Shown in pieces: positions 37,501-49,738 of a stretch of DNA of 64,000 nucleotides. Below the pieces are notes generated by a model. It made no database searches and was not told the origin of the DNA. It was given only the letters and a program-made list of their open reading frames with translations. Location: positions 310,001 through 374,000 of the forward strand of contig OZ218954.1 in NCBI GenBank assembly GCA_965112735.1, written 5' to 3'. Source of the stretch: Phaeosaccion multiseriatum (Eukaryota; Protista; Ochrophyta, other classes). Numbering within the stretch: position 1 is the stretch's first letter; the number at the start of each line of letters is the position of its first letter. Made by a program: the position numbers and the translations under genes.

Positions 37501-40169
37501 AGAGCGAGAGCGTGAGTGTGGTGAAACTTCTCATCCGAACCTGCAAAGCTGACGAGAACATCCAATTCGGCGACGAGGGCGGCAGCGGTTTCCATCACGG
37601 GAAGGTACGTTGCCGCCGTCTGTGAGGGGACAGGAGAGAGGAACGGAGGGAGGGAGGGAGGGAGGGAGGGAGGGAGAGGGTGAGTGAGGGAGGAGGGACG
37701 GGGGCGAGGGGGTGAGGAAGGGAGGGAGGGAGGGACGGAGGGGGTGAGAGAGAGAGGGTGCTGCCATCGCCCATCCTTCCACTGCCATCCTCTGCTGACC
37801 CGCATGGCCTTGGCAACAAGACCCGCCTGCTGCTGTCCATCCCTCCCCTCCCCTCCCCTCCCCACCCATCCACTGCCATCCCCTTCTCCTGACCTGCACT
37901 GCCTTGGCCACGAGCCCTGCCTGCTGTTCCTCGTAGCTCCTCTTGAGCTGCAGCAGCTGCTTGCCCAGACGCGCAAGCTTGGGGATGGTAAAGTACACGC
38001 CGTTCTTCAGCACCGCCAGAGTCTCCACCTGCGGATGGATGAATGGATGGATGGAGGGATGGCAGTGGATGGGTGGAGGGATGGCAGTGGATGAGAATGG
38101 ATGGTGGTAGATGGATGGCAAGGGATGGGTGTAAGTGGGTGGGGGGGGGGGGGAGGAGAGGGAGCGTTTTGTCTTACGTAATCTTAAGTCTGAGTTTGAG
38201 GTTTAGTCTCTTCTCCCTCTCTCTATTTCTGTCTCTGTGTGTGCGTGTGCGATTCTGTGTGCATACCCATTCTCTCCAGTCTATCCACGTACCCAATCTC
38301 TTTAGTCTACGTACCCACTCTCTCTAGTCTATCTACCGACCAAAATTCCCTTCCTCTCGCTTATCTATCGATATACCCACTCGCTCCAGTCTATCGACGT
38401 ACCCCCACCCACTCTCGCTTCTCTTCCTACATTGCCCCTTCCTCTCGCTTCTCCATTTACGTACCCCCTTCCAGACGTAACGTTCCTCCCCAGTAACTGC
38501 CAGTAATTGTCAGTAACTGTCGGGTATCATACCTGCTTGTGCCTGGCCTGAAGCTGCGTCTCGAGGTTGCCCTTGGTGAGTCTCAGAGAGAAACCTCGCT
38601 GCTTGTCCTCCTCCAGGGAGCACTTGGCTCCGTCGAAGCAGGCCCAGCCCTCAGCAGCTTCGTTGTAGATGTCGTCCACCTGTTACAGAAGAAGGGATGG
38701 GATGGCAGTGGATGGAGGAGGGAGGGCGGGGGGGGAGGGTTAGCACAACAGCTGACGCCGTGAAGAGTCACTGCTTTCACCCTCGCACGCACGCACGCAC
38801 GCACCCACCCACCCTACCCTGCCTGATCCCCTAGGTCGTCACTCTATCTCCGAAGCTCCCCCATCCCCTCCCATCCACTGCCATCCACCCCCTCCTTGTG
38901 TACCCACCCTCCCCGCGCACCTGGTCCCGAACATCATCAATCTCCCTCCCATCCACTGCCATCCCCATTCCCATCCACTGCCATCCACCCTACCCACGCA
39001 CCTGGTCCCGAACATCGTCAATCTCCCTCCGAAGCTCCTTGAGAGTGGCGGAGTAGGAGGGGTTGACGACAAGCTCGGGCAGTGCAGACATGTCGAGGAC
39101 GTGCTCTACCAGCTCCTCGAAGTGGCCAAAGTCCTGGGGGTTCACAGATGGCAGACAGGCCAGGGGACGGATGGCAGATGATGGCAGAGGGGAGGGGGGT
39201 GGGTGGGGGTTGGTGGGAGAGGGTGAGGGGGGTGAGGGGGGATGGATGGCAATGGATGGGGGTGGGTAGTGCATGACAAATGTTTTGAAAGCGTTCAAGC
39301 TGACCACAGTGAAGCCTTCAATCTCTCTCTCTCTCCCTCTCTCTCTCTCTTCCCTTCTCTCTCTCCCTCACTCTCTGTCTCTCCTTCCTCGCGCTCTCTC
39401 TCCGTCGCCCTCTTGACCCCCCCCCCCTCCTTCCCTCTCTTCCTCTCAACTGGCAAGCATTGGATACAAGCTCACTAACCTCCATGATGGCACCAAACGG
39501 CTTGACGAACTTTTCCTTCAGCAACTGCGCCTGCTCCTCCTCCAACTCGCCATCTGTGAATGATGTGAGATGCTGTTCGAACGCCCCTAGCCCCTGTACG
39601 AAGCGATAGAGCCGATACACCTCGCCCAGACCGGCCTTGTGCCTCGCCACCTGAGGGGGGGGGGGTGGCAGTGGATGGCCATGGATGGATGGCAATGGAT
39701 AGCAGGACGGGTGGGTGGGTGCCATGGCAGTAGATGACATGGCAGTAGATGATATGGTCATCTGATCGAATTTGAATGATTCATTCAAAGGGCGATGCCT
39801 CAAAACTGAAACTGAAAACCTGTCGTACTACTCTTTCAACTGAAACTGAAACACTGAAACACCCCCCCCCCCCTTGTAGTTGTACGTACCTTCGCCTTGA
39901 GAGTGTCGAGGTCGGGGCAGTCCTTGAGAGGTCCGTCTCGCAGAGCGCCTCTCACTCCGGAGGCGGCCACGAATATCGATACGATATCGTGCCTGTTTTC
40001 GATGTCGACTTTGCTGACGAGGGGCTGTCTGAGCCATCGCTCAAGCATACGGGACCCCATTTTGGTCTTGCAGCGGTTCAGAATCTTTTGGGTGGAGGCA
40101 CATGGGGGGACGGGAGAGGGGATGGCAATGGATGGGCAGATGGACGGGTCACAGAGAAGCAAACACACA

Positions 40170-40203
<34 letters not shown>

Positions 40204-41147
40204 ACAAGTACGCAACAGCGTAACTAAGCACTCCCTGTCCTGACACACACGCACACACACACACACACACATGGAAGAGGCTACCGTATTGGTTCTGCCA
40301 CCCACCTGCCACACCCACCCACCCATCCTCTGTCCTGACACCCACCCACCCATCCACGGTCTCGACACCCACCCACCCACCCTCTGTCCTGACACCCTCC
40401 CACCCTCTGTCCGACACCCACCCTCTGTCCTGACACCCACCCACCCACCCACTGTCCTGACACCCACCCACCCTCTGTCCTGACACCCACGCACCCCCTG
40501 TTCTGACACCCATCCTCTAACATACTGTAACCCACCCACTGACATACTGCCACCCCTCCGCAGAGACACCCCCCCCCCGCCCCTGTCCTGACACCCCCTG
40601 TCCAGACACCCCCTGTCCTGACACCCCCTGTCCTGACACCCCCTGTCCTGACACCCACCTGGAAGAGGCTGCCGAACTGGTGAGGGTTGGCAGCGTCGGG
40701 CAGGAGCGTGACCGCATCCGCAGCAGCGGAGTCGAGCCTCATGAATGCCTCCAGAGAACCCACTTTCAGCTCGTGCGAACCTTCTCCGACCAGTCCGCCT
40801 TCTCCTCCTTGGGCGCCGCCCTCATCACCCTCCTCCCCCTCATCACCGTCCTCGTTGTCCCCTCCTCCTCCTCCTCCTCCTCCTCCTCCGGCCAGGGGAG
40901 CACTGCGCAACAGTTTGAGCTGAGCGATGAGAGCTGCCACGCAGGATAGGGCTAATGGTTTCTCAAGTTCCACTCCCTGGACGATGCTCAGCCCTTCTGC
41001 GGTGGCTGCTGTATCACCAACTGCTGCATCTGCATCACACGTGAGGATCTTGCTCAAGTCTGTCATGACGCTGTCGGTTTTGAAGGCCTTTGCCTCTGCC
41101 TTGACGGCAGGCACTCCTCTCCGCTCCAGGACACCGAGCACCTGTGT

Positions 41148-41240
<93 letters not shown>

Positions 41241-41678
41241 GGAGGGGGGCGGGGGGCGGTGGGTGGTGTAGCAGAGCAACAACACAGGCAATGGAAGGGA
41301 AAGAGAGAGTGAAGGACGGGCGTCAAGGTTATATGTGGGAGCACGGGGGGGAGGGGATGAGTTAACGTCCCACCCACGTACATACCTTTGCAAGAACACC
41401 CTTCGGCTTCTCCTCCGCCGCATCCCCCTCTTTTGATCCTTTTCCTCCTCCCTTCTTTCCGCCTAGTCCAGCCATGACGAGATGGCAAGCCGAGGGTCCC
41501 AGCGACACCAGCAGCGTGTCAAGATTGGACAGCTGCGACACACGACACGTTGTTGGTTTTGTTGTGTTTGTGTTGGGGGGGGGGGTAAGGCTTGTTGGGG
41601 AAGGGCTTGGCAGTAAACACACACGACAAGAGAGGCAAGGGAAGAAGCAGTACACAAACAGATGGGTTCTTCGGGCGT

Positions 41679-41711
<33 letters not shown>

Positions 41712-41929
41712 GTCTGTCTCCTCCTTCTCCCTCTCTCTCGCTCTCTCTCTACCTGGTCGTTGTCGAGGAACTGATAGGCAGTGAGTGTCCAGCAGGGTCC
41801 TTTGTCCTTCATCCCTCCCCGACGCGGTCTACGCGCCCGGCTGGCCAGCGCTACGGTGTGCTGGTGCTGCTTCACACTGATCGCGAGGGCCACTTCCGGA
41901 GCATCGTCTCCGTCCGCTCGCTCCGGCAT
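34534..41929 (-). CDS. MSH2: DNA mismatch repair protein MSH2 (885 aa model), N-terminal domain I not found
   Basis: 16 exons (-): 41929-41753, 41532-41386, 41141-40659, 40084-39890, 39650-39480, 39133-39002, 38679-38533, 38028-37894, 37619-37541, 37204-37125, 37000-36948, 36573-36477, 36201-36146, 35927-35717, 35373-35251, 34905-34534 (2658 nt, in frame). [33 protein letters not shown], Walker [61 protein letters not shown]. Confidence 0.96.
36225..36400. repeat. ~54-bp degenerate tandem repeat, ~3 copies, in an MSH2 intron
   Basis: ggagtgggcaa...ggagtgc(a/g)taatggagggtagcggagcgt recurs three times. Confidence 0.75.
40290..40658. repeat. Degenerate 15-20 bp repeat built on CTGTCCTGACACC in an MSH2 intron
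   Basis: More than a dozen (c)ctgtcctgacacc units; the same word also clusters at 3818-3990 and 32060-32180. Confidence 0.85.
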
Positions 41930-42316
41930 ACTTCCTTGTCCTTTCCCAGCTCAAGAGAGCAGACAAGAGACAGCAGATAACTGTATACTGAGAGGAAGGG
42001 AGGGAGGAGGGAGAGAAGGGGGAAGAGAGGGGGGAAGAGAGAGGAGGGAAAAGAGATTTGAAAATTAAAGTCTCACTCGATACGTAAAGTAGAGCCAGTC
42101 GAGATGAAATATCGTGATATGCTGAGGTACTGGAGGGCGGATCGGAAGTGGGTCCATTTTCTCTCTCTCTCTCTCTTCTCCTCCCATCCATCTAGCTCAT
42201 AACGACTGGACATCCGTACTGCAGGGTCCGTGCTGTTACATACCGGAGAAAAGGGTTGGCTGGACCAAGAGGAAGGCTTGAGCTTGGTGGAGCGGAAGGT
42301 TGTAAGAGTATCGAGT
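41930..42316. promoter_or_regulatory. Short divergent promoter region, MSH2 / small protein
   Basis: About 390 bp between outward-facing ATGs. Confidence 0.5.
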
Positions 42317-42663
42317 ATGGCGGCTCTCTTTCAGAGACTGATCCAGTACTTCGCTTCCGAAGTGGTAGTAAAGGGCCTGGCAAACAACAAGTCCTTTCAG
42401 CGCTTCGCCATCCGAACTCACACTCATGTGGAGAAGGTGAGAGTTGAGAGACGAGAGGGGGGTGGGAGGGTCGGGGGAGGTCTGACGAGGTTGGTAGCCC
42501 TCTGTGTGATGGAGAGAGAGAGGAAGAGAGATAAGAGAGAGGGCGATAGATGAGGTATGAGGGATAGGGAAGAGCTCTGGCAGAGGTCCGAGGGCTTAAC
42601 GCAGTGTCAGAGGGAGGGGATGGGAAGAGCGACGGAGAGGGAGAGAGACAGAAAGTCGTCGGA

Positions 42664-42697
<34 letters not shown>

Positions 42698-43833
42698 GTA
42701 CATTGAGGAAGGACTTTGTGAAGTATGTATGTCGACTCCATTCTTGTCCTTGTTCTGTGCCATCTGCTTCTATTCACCTCTTCACCCCCTGCCACATACC
42801 TCTGGCAAGGCCGGAGGGCGGAAAGAATGAGCGGCAGCGGCTGACTGCTGTCGGTGTGTTTCGATTTTAACCCCCTACGTCCGTCAATTCGCCTCTTTAT
42901 GTCCCTTCGTCCCTGTCCGTTCCTTTTCTCCTCTTTCTCTCTCCCTCCATCTCCGTCCCTTCCTTCCTCCCGTCCTCCCTCCCCCTCTCTCCCTCCCTCT
43001 CGCCTTGTCATCATCCTCCATCATCACCACCACCATCATCATCATCGCCACTACCACCCCCGCTGCGAACCCCCGCCCCTATCGCTTATGGTGTATATGA
43101 CGTGAACCACCAACAGGCCAAGAAGCTGGTCGATGACCCTGTCGCCCAAGAGAAGGCCCTGAAGGAGGCAAGGAAGGCAGCGGAGAAGCTCAGGCAGTTA
43201 CAGGTGAGGGCAGAGCCGGGGTTAGGCTTGTCAGGTGATTACATTGTATTGTTGCTGGCTACGGTTACGTTCGTTTCGGACGTTTTCGGACGTTACGGGA
43301 TGGCCTTCGGTTCGGGAGGGGGGTTGTTGGCGTAGGATAGTGCGTAACGTCTCGCGTGGGTACGTAGTATTGCCTCACAGATTGAGAATGGCGTGCCACC
43401 GGGCGACCGTTTCACCAACTCCCCCCCCCCCCCCCACTTGCTCTCTGCCCCTGCAGGAGGGGTCTCACGGAGAGCTTAATGTGTGTGTGTTTCACCAACT
43501 CCCCCCCCCCCCCCCCCACTTGCTCTCTGCCCCTGCAGGAGGGGTCTCACGGAGAGCTTAATAGCACATTCGCGCGCTTCAAGAGAGCGCTGAATGACGA
43601 GCTCCCTAAGGTGAGGGATGGCAGTGGATGGCAGTGGATGGCAGTGGATGGCAGGGCAGGGAGGGAGGAAGGGGGGTGGAGAGAGGGTGGGAGGGAGGGA
43701 GAGAGAGAGAGGGAGTCAAGAGAGGGAGTCAAGGGAGGGGGGGGGGTTGGAAGGGAGGGAGAGTGGGCTGAGATGGAGAAAGAGTGAGAGGGAGAGAGAG
43801 TGAGAGGGAGAGCACACACACACATGCACACAT

Positions 43834-43881
<48 letters not shown>

Positions 43882-44064
43882 ACTGTGTTCTGCTGCCCCG
43901 ATCGAGTTGGAACTGAGACTGAAGCTGAGACTTCCAACCCCGCCGCTCCCTCTCTCCCTCCCTCCTCCCCTGCTCGTTGTGATTTCTTTCCTCGTGCATC
44001 GCCACTTGAATGCACAACCCCTCGTGCTCACAAACAGGAGTTTGGAGGGAAGAAACGGCGCTGA
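42317..44064 (+). CDS. Small conserved protein (~101 aa), resembling the NCBP2-AS2-like / plant small-protein family
   Basis: Exons 42317-42436, 43117-43203, 43539-43610, 44038-44064: MAALFQRLIQYFASEVVVKGLANNKSFQRFAIRTHTHVEK-AKKLVDDP...-EGSHGELNSTFARFKRALNDELPK-EFGGKKRR*. The amphipathic N-terminus with LANxxxFQRFAxRT is recognisable from memory; family assignment unverified. Confidence 0.75.
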
Positions 44065-46093
44065 TTGACATCAGTCAATGGATGGCACTGGATGGCAATG
44101 GATGGCATTGGATGGATGTATATGTTTTCGATGAAGGAATGAAAGCCACAGGGGCGGTGCGGGAGGGACCCCTCGTGAAGTAGAGCCGCAGCTTCTACCG
44201 CTTGAAACTGGACACTGCACATGAAACTGGAACTGGAAGGGTACTTGGCCATGGACTGGGGCAGTAGCAGGACGAGGAGGAGGAGGGGAAGGAGGGGAAG
44301 GAGGGGAAGGAGGGGAAGGGCAGGAGCGCGACACTTGCAGCCACGCCCTACGATGTTTACGTGTAAGTAATAAGAGAAGGGGAAAGAAATGAGTGGAAGG
44401 TCAATCTTACGGCAGGTACTCTTAATGGGAGGAGAAACGTTGTCCACCACCAACTCCACTCGGACCTTTGTGGTGAATGCAGCGAGGACACACTGAGGTG
44501 TCGCGGAAGCGCTTTGGTTCCACTTGACGAGAGAGAGAGAGTCAGGAAACGCTTTGCTTGGCTCCAGGGAACATGTGATCCTCTCTCCAAGAGGGTCTAG
44601 AAAGGAAGCTTGGGAATGCCTGACACTCCAAGAGGGTCCAGAAAGGAAGCTTGGGAATGCACCTGACCCGCTACGTTCGTGCGTAGTTAGCCCTCTCTGT
44701 GTTGAGTCTGCAGGGCCAGTACTCAGCATTCAGCATGGTCTCATTGCCTGGCGTCCTTGCCTAAAAAGACCCCTTCTTTTTTTGCCGTACATGGTACTGC
44801 AGTGATTCAGTTACGAAGCAGAGGTAAGACCGTGTTTTTGATGTGTTGCTGATGTGTGTTGATTGATGTGTTGTTGATGTGATGCTGCATGGGGCTGAGG
44901 AGAACAGTCGTGCTGTCAAGTGCTGTGCTTCTCGTGAGGGAAGGCACGTCGATGCACCACTGAGATGAGCGTCATAAGTCAGTAAAATGGGTGTAAGTCG
45001 AGCAGCCGAAGGATGTGATGCAAAAGAAGAAGGAACAGAAAACGCCATCATGGCACAAGCCCGGCACGGATGGGAGGGAGGGAGGGAGCCTCAGCAGGGT
45101 GCGCGTGTGGCTGTCATAAGTCAATAAATTTGTAAGTCAACACTGATAAACGTCACAAGTCAGTAAAGTAAGTCTCAGTAAGTCACTGAGTGAGTGGCAG
45201 GGCTGGGAGCTCAAGGTGCGCGTGTCGTAAGTCGAAGTCACTCATCTTAGTGCCACAAGAAGGGGCAATGTATAGGTATTCCAGCTTATACATCTCCAGA
45301 ATACAACTGCACATTATGATTTAAAGGGGCAATGTATTCGAATGTATAGACTGCTCTGCAGCTCATATATAATGTATAGAGAGCGCTCCAGCTTATAATA
45401 TGTCATTTGTAGATGACTGGTGAGAGGCATGCAAGTGTAGGGTATGAAGTTCGGCTCGTAAGGAGACAGGAAAGCATGACACAAGCGTACCGGTAGGCTC
45501 CTCTCTCCTCGGAGCGTAGCAGTCCTCACCCACCGCCCCTCCAAGAAGCTCCTTACGGGGCCTACACCCCTACCACCGCCACTGCCATCACACTGCCATC
45601 AGTTGTTGTCTCAGATGTCCCCCCCTCTACATACTTGCTTTGTTCCCTCTAAAAGTACACGCACCGCCCGAGCCGACTCGAGTCTATGAGTGGCTGTATG
45701 ACCAACTGCTGTGGCTGTGGCAGTGGCAGTGGCTGTGGCTGTGGAATGGAGTGGAGCGGCGTGGCCGGGATATATGGAGACAAGACGGGTGTCGGGACCC
45801 GCCCGTGCCCTCCGTACCCTCCTCCCTCCCTCCCTCCCTCCCCTCCCTCCCTCCCTCCCTCCCTCCCTCCCTCCCTCGCTCCCTCCCTCCCTCGCTCCCT
45901 CCCTCCCTCGCTCCCTCCCTCCCTCTAATCTTACGTAATCTTAAGTCTCCATTTCCACTCGGAAAGGCCTCCTCCTCCTCCCTTTGGGCCCAACGTCTCA
46001 AAACGTGTCAAGAGTCACAGCTGTCACAAGACGCAACCACACCGTCAAGTCAACAGTTGTCAAAGACTTCACCGCATCGTCAAGTCACAGTTG

Positions 46094-46307
46094 TCAAAGA
46101 CGCAACCACTTGGTGAGGTCGTTGTTCGTGGCGACTGCAATGCCCATGCCCGACACGGGCTCCTCGCCTTCGCCTCCCTGGGGCACTCCGGTGTAATACA
46201 TGTACCACTTGCCTGTGGTTGGCGGGTTGGTGATACGGAGGGAGGGACGAGAGGAGGTTGGGGAGGGAGGCAGGCAGGGGATTTGATGAGAGAGAGCAAA
46301 ACAGCCA

Positions 46308-46346
<39 letters not shown>

Positions 46347-46843
46347 CCGGGTTCTGGTTTCTAGTTGCAAAGCTTGAGTACACTCCAATACACTCTCACT
46401 ACTTGCACTCAACTATACTCCATTCCCCCTAACATCCATTAACAACTCCTAAAACCCATTAACCACTCCTAAAGCCCATTAACCCCTGCTTAAACCCATT
46501 AACCCCTCCTAAAACCCATTGCCCACTCCTAAAACCCATTCACCACTCCCAAAACCCATTCACCACTCCTCACACTCCACTATCCACACCACTCACCATC
46601 ACCCGCGTATTCGATTTCCGGACTCGTCACTCCGCCCGCCTCCCTGTTGAGGAGGAGGAGGAGAAGACGAAGAAGAAGAAGAAGAAGAAGAAGAAGAAGA
46701 AGAAGAAGAAGAAGGAGGAGGAGGAGGAGGAGGGGGAGGAGGAGGAGTATGAGGAGGAGGAGAAGGAGGAGGACGAGGAGGAGGAGGCGAGTAGGGGCAG
46801 GGGAGTGGCGATGGTAAGAAGAGAATGAGTAGTAGTAGTAGTA

Positions 46844-46897
<54 letters not shown>

Positions 46898-49702
46898 ATA
46901 GTAGTGGGGTAGCCAACCAATGGGAGGCATACGCATGCTCATTATACTGCAACTGCAACTGCAACTGCAAGTGTAACTGCAAGTGTAAGTGTAACTGACC
47001 AAGCGGCGGTGCCCTTGCCGAGAATGGGGTTGCTGGTGTGCCTCAGCCACGCCTCCCCATTGACGCTCGTGGCCAGGCCTAGAGCACGCTCCCCCTTGGC
47101 GTTGATGCCCTGAGGCGAGAGGGAGGGGAGGAGGAGGAGGAGGAGGAGGAGGACGAGTAGGAGTAGGAGGAGGAGGAGGAGGAGGAGGAGGAGGAGGAGG
47201 AGGAGGAGGAGGAGAGGGAGGAGGAGAAGGAGGGAGGTATGCTCCGTTAAAAGGGGATCATGCATCATGCCATCCACGCCTCGCCCTGCGGACGGATCCA
47301 TGTTGAGACAGCAAGCCCCTCCCCTCCCTCCCTCCCTCCCTCCCTCCCTCCCTCCCTCCCTCCCTCCCTCCCGTCCTCCCTCTCTCCCGCCCTCCTTCCT
47401 TCCGTCCCTCCCTCCCCTCCCCTCCCCTCCCCTCCCCTCCCTCCCCTCCCTCCCTCTGTATCACCCACCCGCTCACCTCATAGAACATGTGCAGGACGGC
47501 GGTGCCCTCCTTATCCTCTTGCCTCACCACCGTCCTCCTCCCTACCCCGCATTCGTCGAATGATCCTTCGGGGCCTCCCTCAAACACACTGCCCATTTTG
47601 AACCACTTCAGTCCGTCTTTGGAGCTGGCCGAGCCAACTGAGGAGGAGGAAAGGAAGGGTGAGGAGGCGGGGGGGGGGGAAAGAGGGAGGAGGAGGAGGA
47701 GGAGGATGAGGATGAGAAGGAGGAGGAGCCTGGCAAGGGAAAAAAGGAGGGAAACTTAGGTGCACAATCATACTTTCCCGGTGCTTTGCACGAGTAGACC
47801 CATGCCCTTCCCCCCCACACACACCCTATACACTCCATACCCCATACACTTTAACCCATACCCCCCTTCCCCCCTCCCCCCTCTCACTCTCTCCCTCCCT
47901 CTCTTCCTCCTCTCCCTCTCCTCCCCTTCCTCTCTCCCTCCCTCCCGCTCCCTCAGTATCACCAACACACTCACCTGTGTGCCTCTTGGTGTCTGTGTTG
48001 AAGCTCGTGTACAGCAGTCGAAACTCCTTCTCACCGAAAGTGTACGCGGAGGGCCATCCTACACTCCCTCTGTCCCACTCGTCTGCGCATTGTTGCCGTA
48101 GGTTAGGGGTGAAGACGAAGGCGGTGTTGCCGTACGTTAGGGTGAGTAAGAGAAGGGGGGTTGTTGGAGTGGAAGGTTATATAAAGAGTGCGTTGCAGAA
48201 GGTCAGGGGAGTTAACGGCCGTTAACCGTAGGTTTAGGGGGGATTCTTGCCGTACGTTAGAGGAAGGGCAAGGGCAAGGACAAGGACAAAGATGTACGTA
48301 CGCAGAGGACCACCCCACCACACTGCCCTCCCACTCCCACTCACCTTCCCCTCCCGGCTTGAGAATCGATCCGTCGGCGTGCTCACCTGTGGGTTGTTAT
48401 AAGTTGGTATCAGTAAGTCAGTGAGTTGTGAGTCAGTGACCAGTGCTACTGCTCCTCCTCCTCCTCCTCCTCCTCCTCCTCCTCCTCCTCCTCCGCCTCC
48501 TCCCCCTCCTCCTCCTCCTCCTCCTCCTCCTCCTCCTCCTCTTCGTCGTCCTCCTCCTCCTCCTCCTCCTCCTCCTCCTCCTCCTCCTCCTCCTCCTCCT
48601 CCTCCTCCTCCTCCTCCTCCTCCTCCTCCTCCTCCTCCTCTTCCTCCTCCTCCTCCTCCTCCTCCTCCTCCTCCTCCCCTGCTACGCCTACATACCCTCG
48701 ATACGGCCGAAGTTGACTCCGTCGGAGCTGAGGGCAAGGCCGATGCTGTACCCGCTCTGCCCGCCCGGGGGTGAGTCTGTAGCAGCTTCATCAGTTGGTG
48801 ATATGTGATCTGTGTCGAACGGGTCCTGGATCTCCTCTTTCATATCACTCTCCTCAAAGTTCCGCCCGTGAAAGTAGAGAAAGTGCATGCCTGTTGCGAA
48901 AGTGAGCACCGTAGGTAAGTAAGTTACGTAAGTAAAGGTCACAAAGCTTGTACAGCTGTCCACAGCACACTGACACTCCAACTACCCTCCTCCCCAGCGC
49001 GCGCAGGGCCACCAAACTGGCACCTTCCTTTTATCTTACGTAAGCTGACATAAGTTTGACTCACCTTCCCCCTTGTTGGATGCCGTCAATGTCACGTCAC
49101 CCAAGCCAATGTGAGCTGTGGGGGGGCAGGTTGGTCATCCAGCAGCGGCCATGTGAAAGTCAGTCGCACCATCACCCATAGAAACGTACGAGGAGGTCAC
49201 AAACACACACACACACAAACAGACACACAGACACAGGGGGGAGAGGGTCCAAGAGGAAGGGTTCATCGAAGGGTTGATGACTGAGGGGTCAGGGGAGGAG
49301 GGGTATGTGAGGAGGAGGAGAAGGAGGAGGAGGAGGAGGAGGAGGAGGAGGAGGAGGAGTGAGGAGGAAGGGAGGGAGGAGGAGGATGAGGAGGAGGGAG
49401 GGAGGGGGGAGGATGAGGAGGAGGAGGATGAGGAGGAGGGAGGGAGGAGGAGGAGGATAAGGAGGAGGGAGGGAGGGAGGAGGAGGAGGAGAGGGAGAAA
49501 GATAGACAGAGATAATACCGAACAATGATCCGCCCGCGTGGTCCCTCCCCCACAGAAAGAAAACAGGTAGCAGCACAAATACACTGGGTGGGCACACATT
49601 GCTCTCCCTCCCTCTCTCTCTCTCGCTCCCTCCCTTTCTCTCTCTCTCTCCCCCTCTCTTTCTCTCTACCCCTATCTCTCTCTTTCTCCCTCTCTCTCTC
49701 TG

Positions 49703-49738
<36 letters not shown>

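Noticed and set aside
44028-46000. Minus-strand ORFs (44028-44729, 44761-45051, 45314-45544) and exon-like pieces such as KSTC|RRGCKCR
   Set aside because: No recognisable domain and no consistent spliced model; contains small local duplications and may be UTR or intergenic. A weak gene cannot be excluded.
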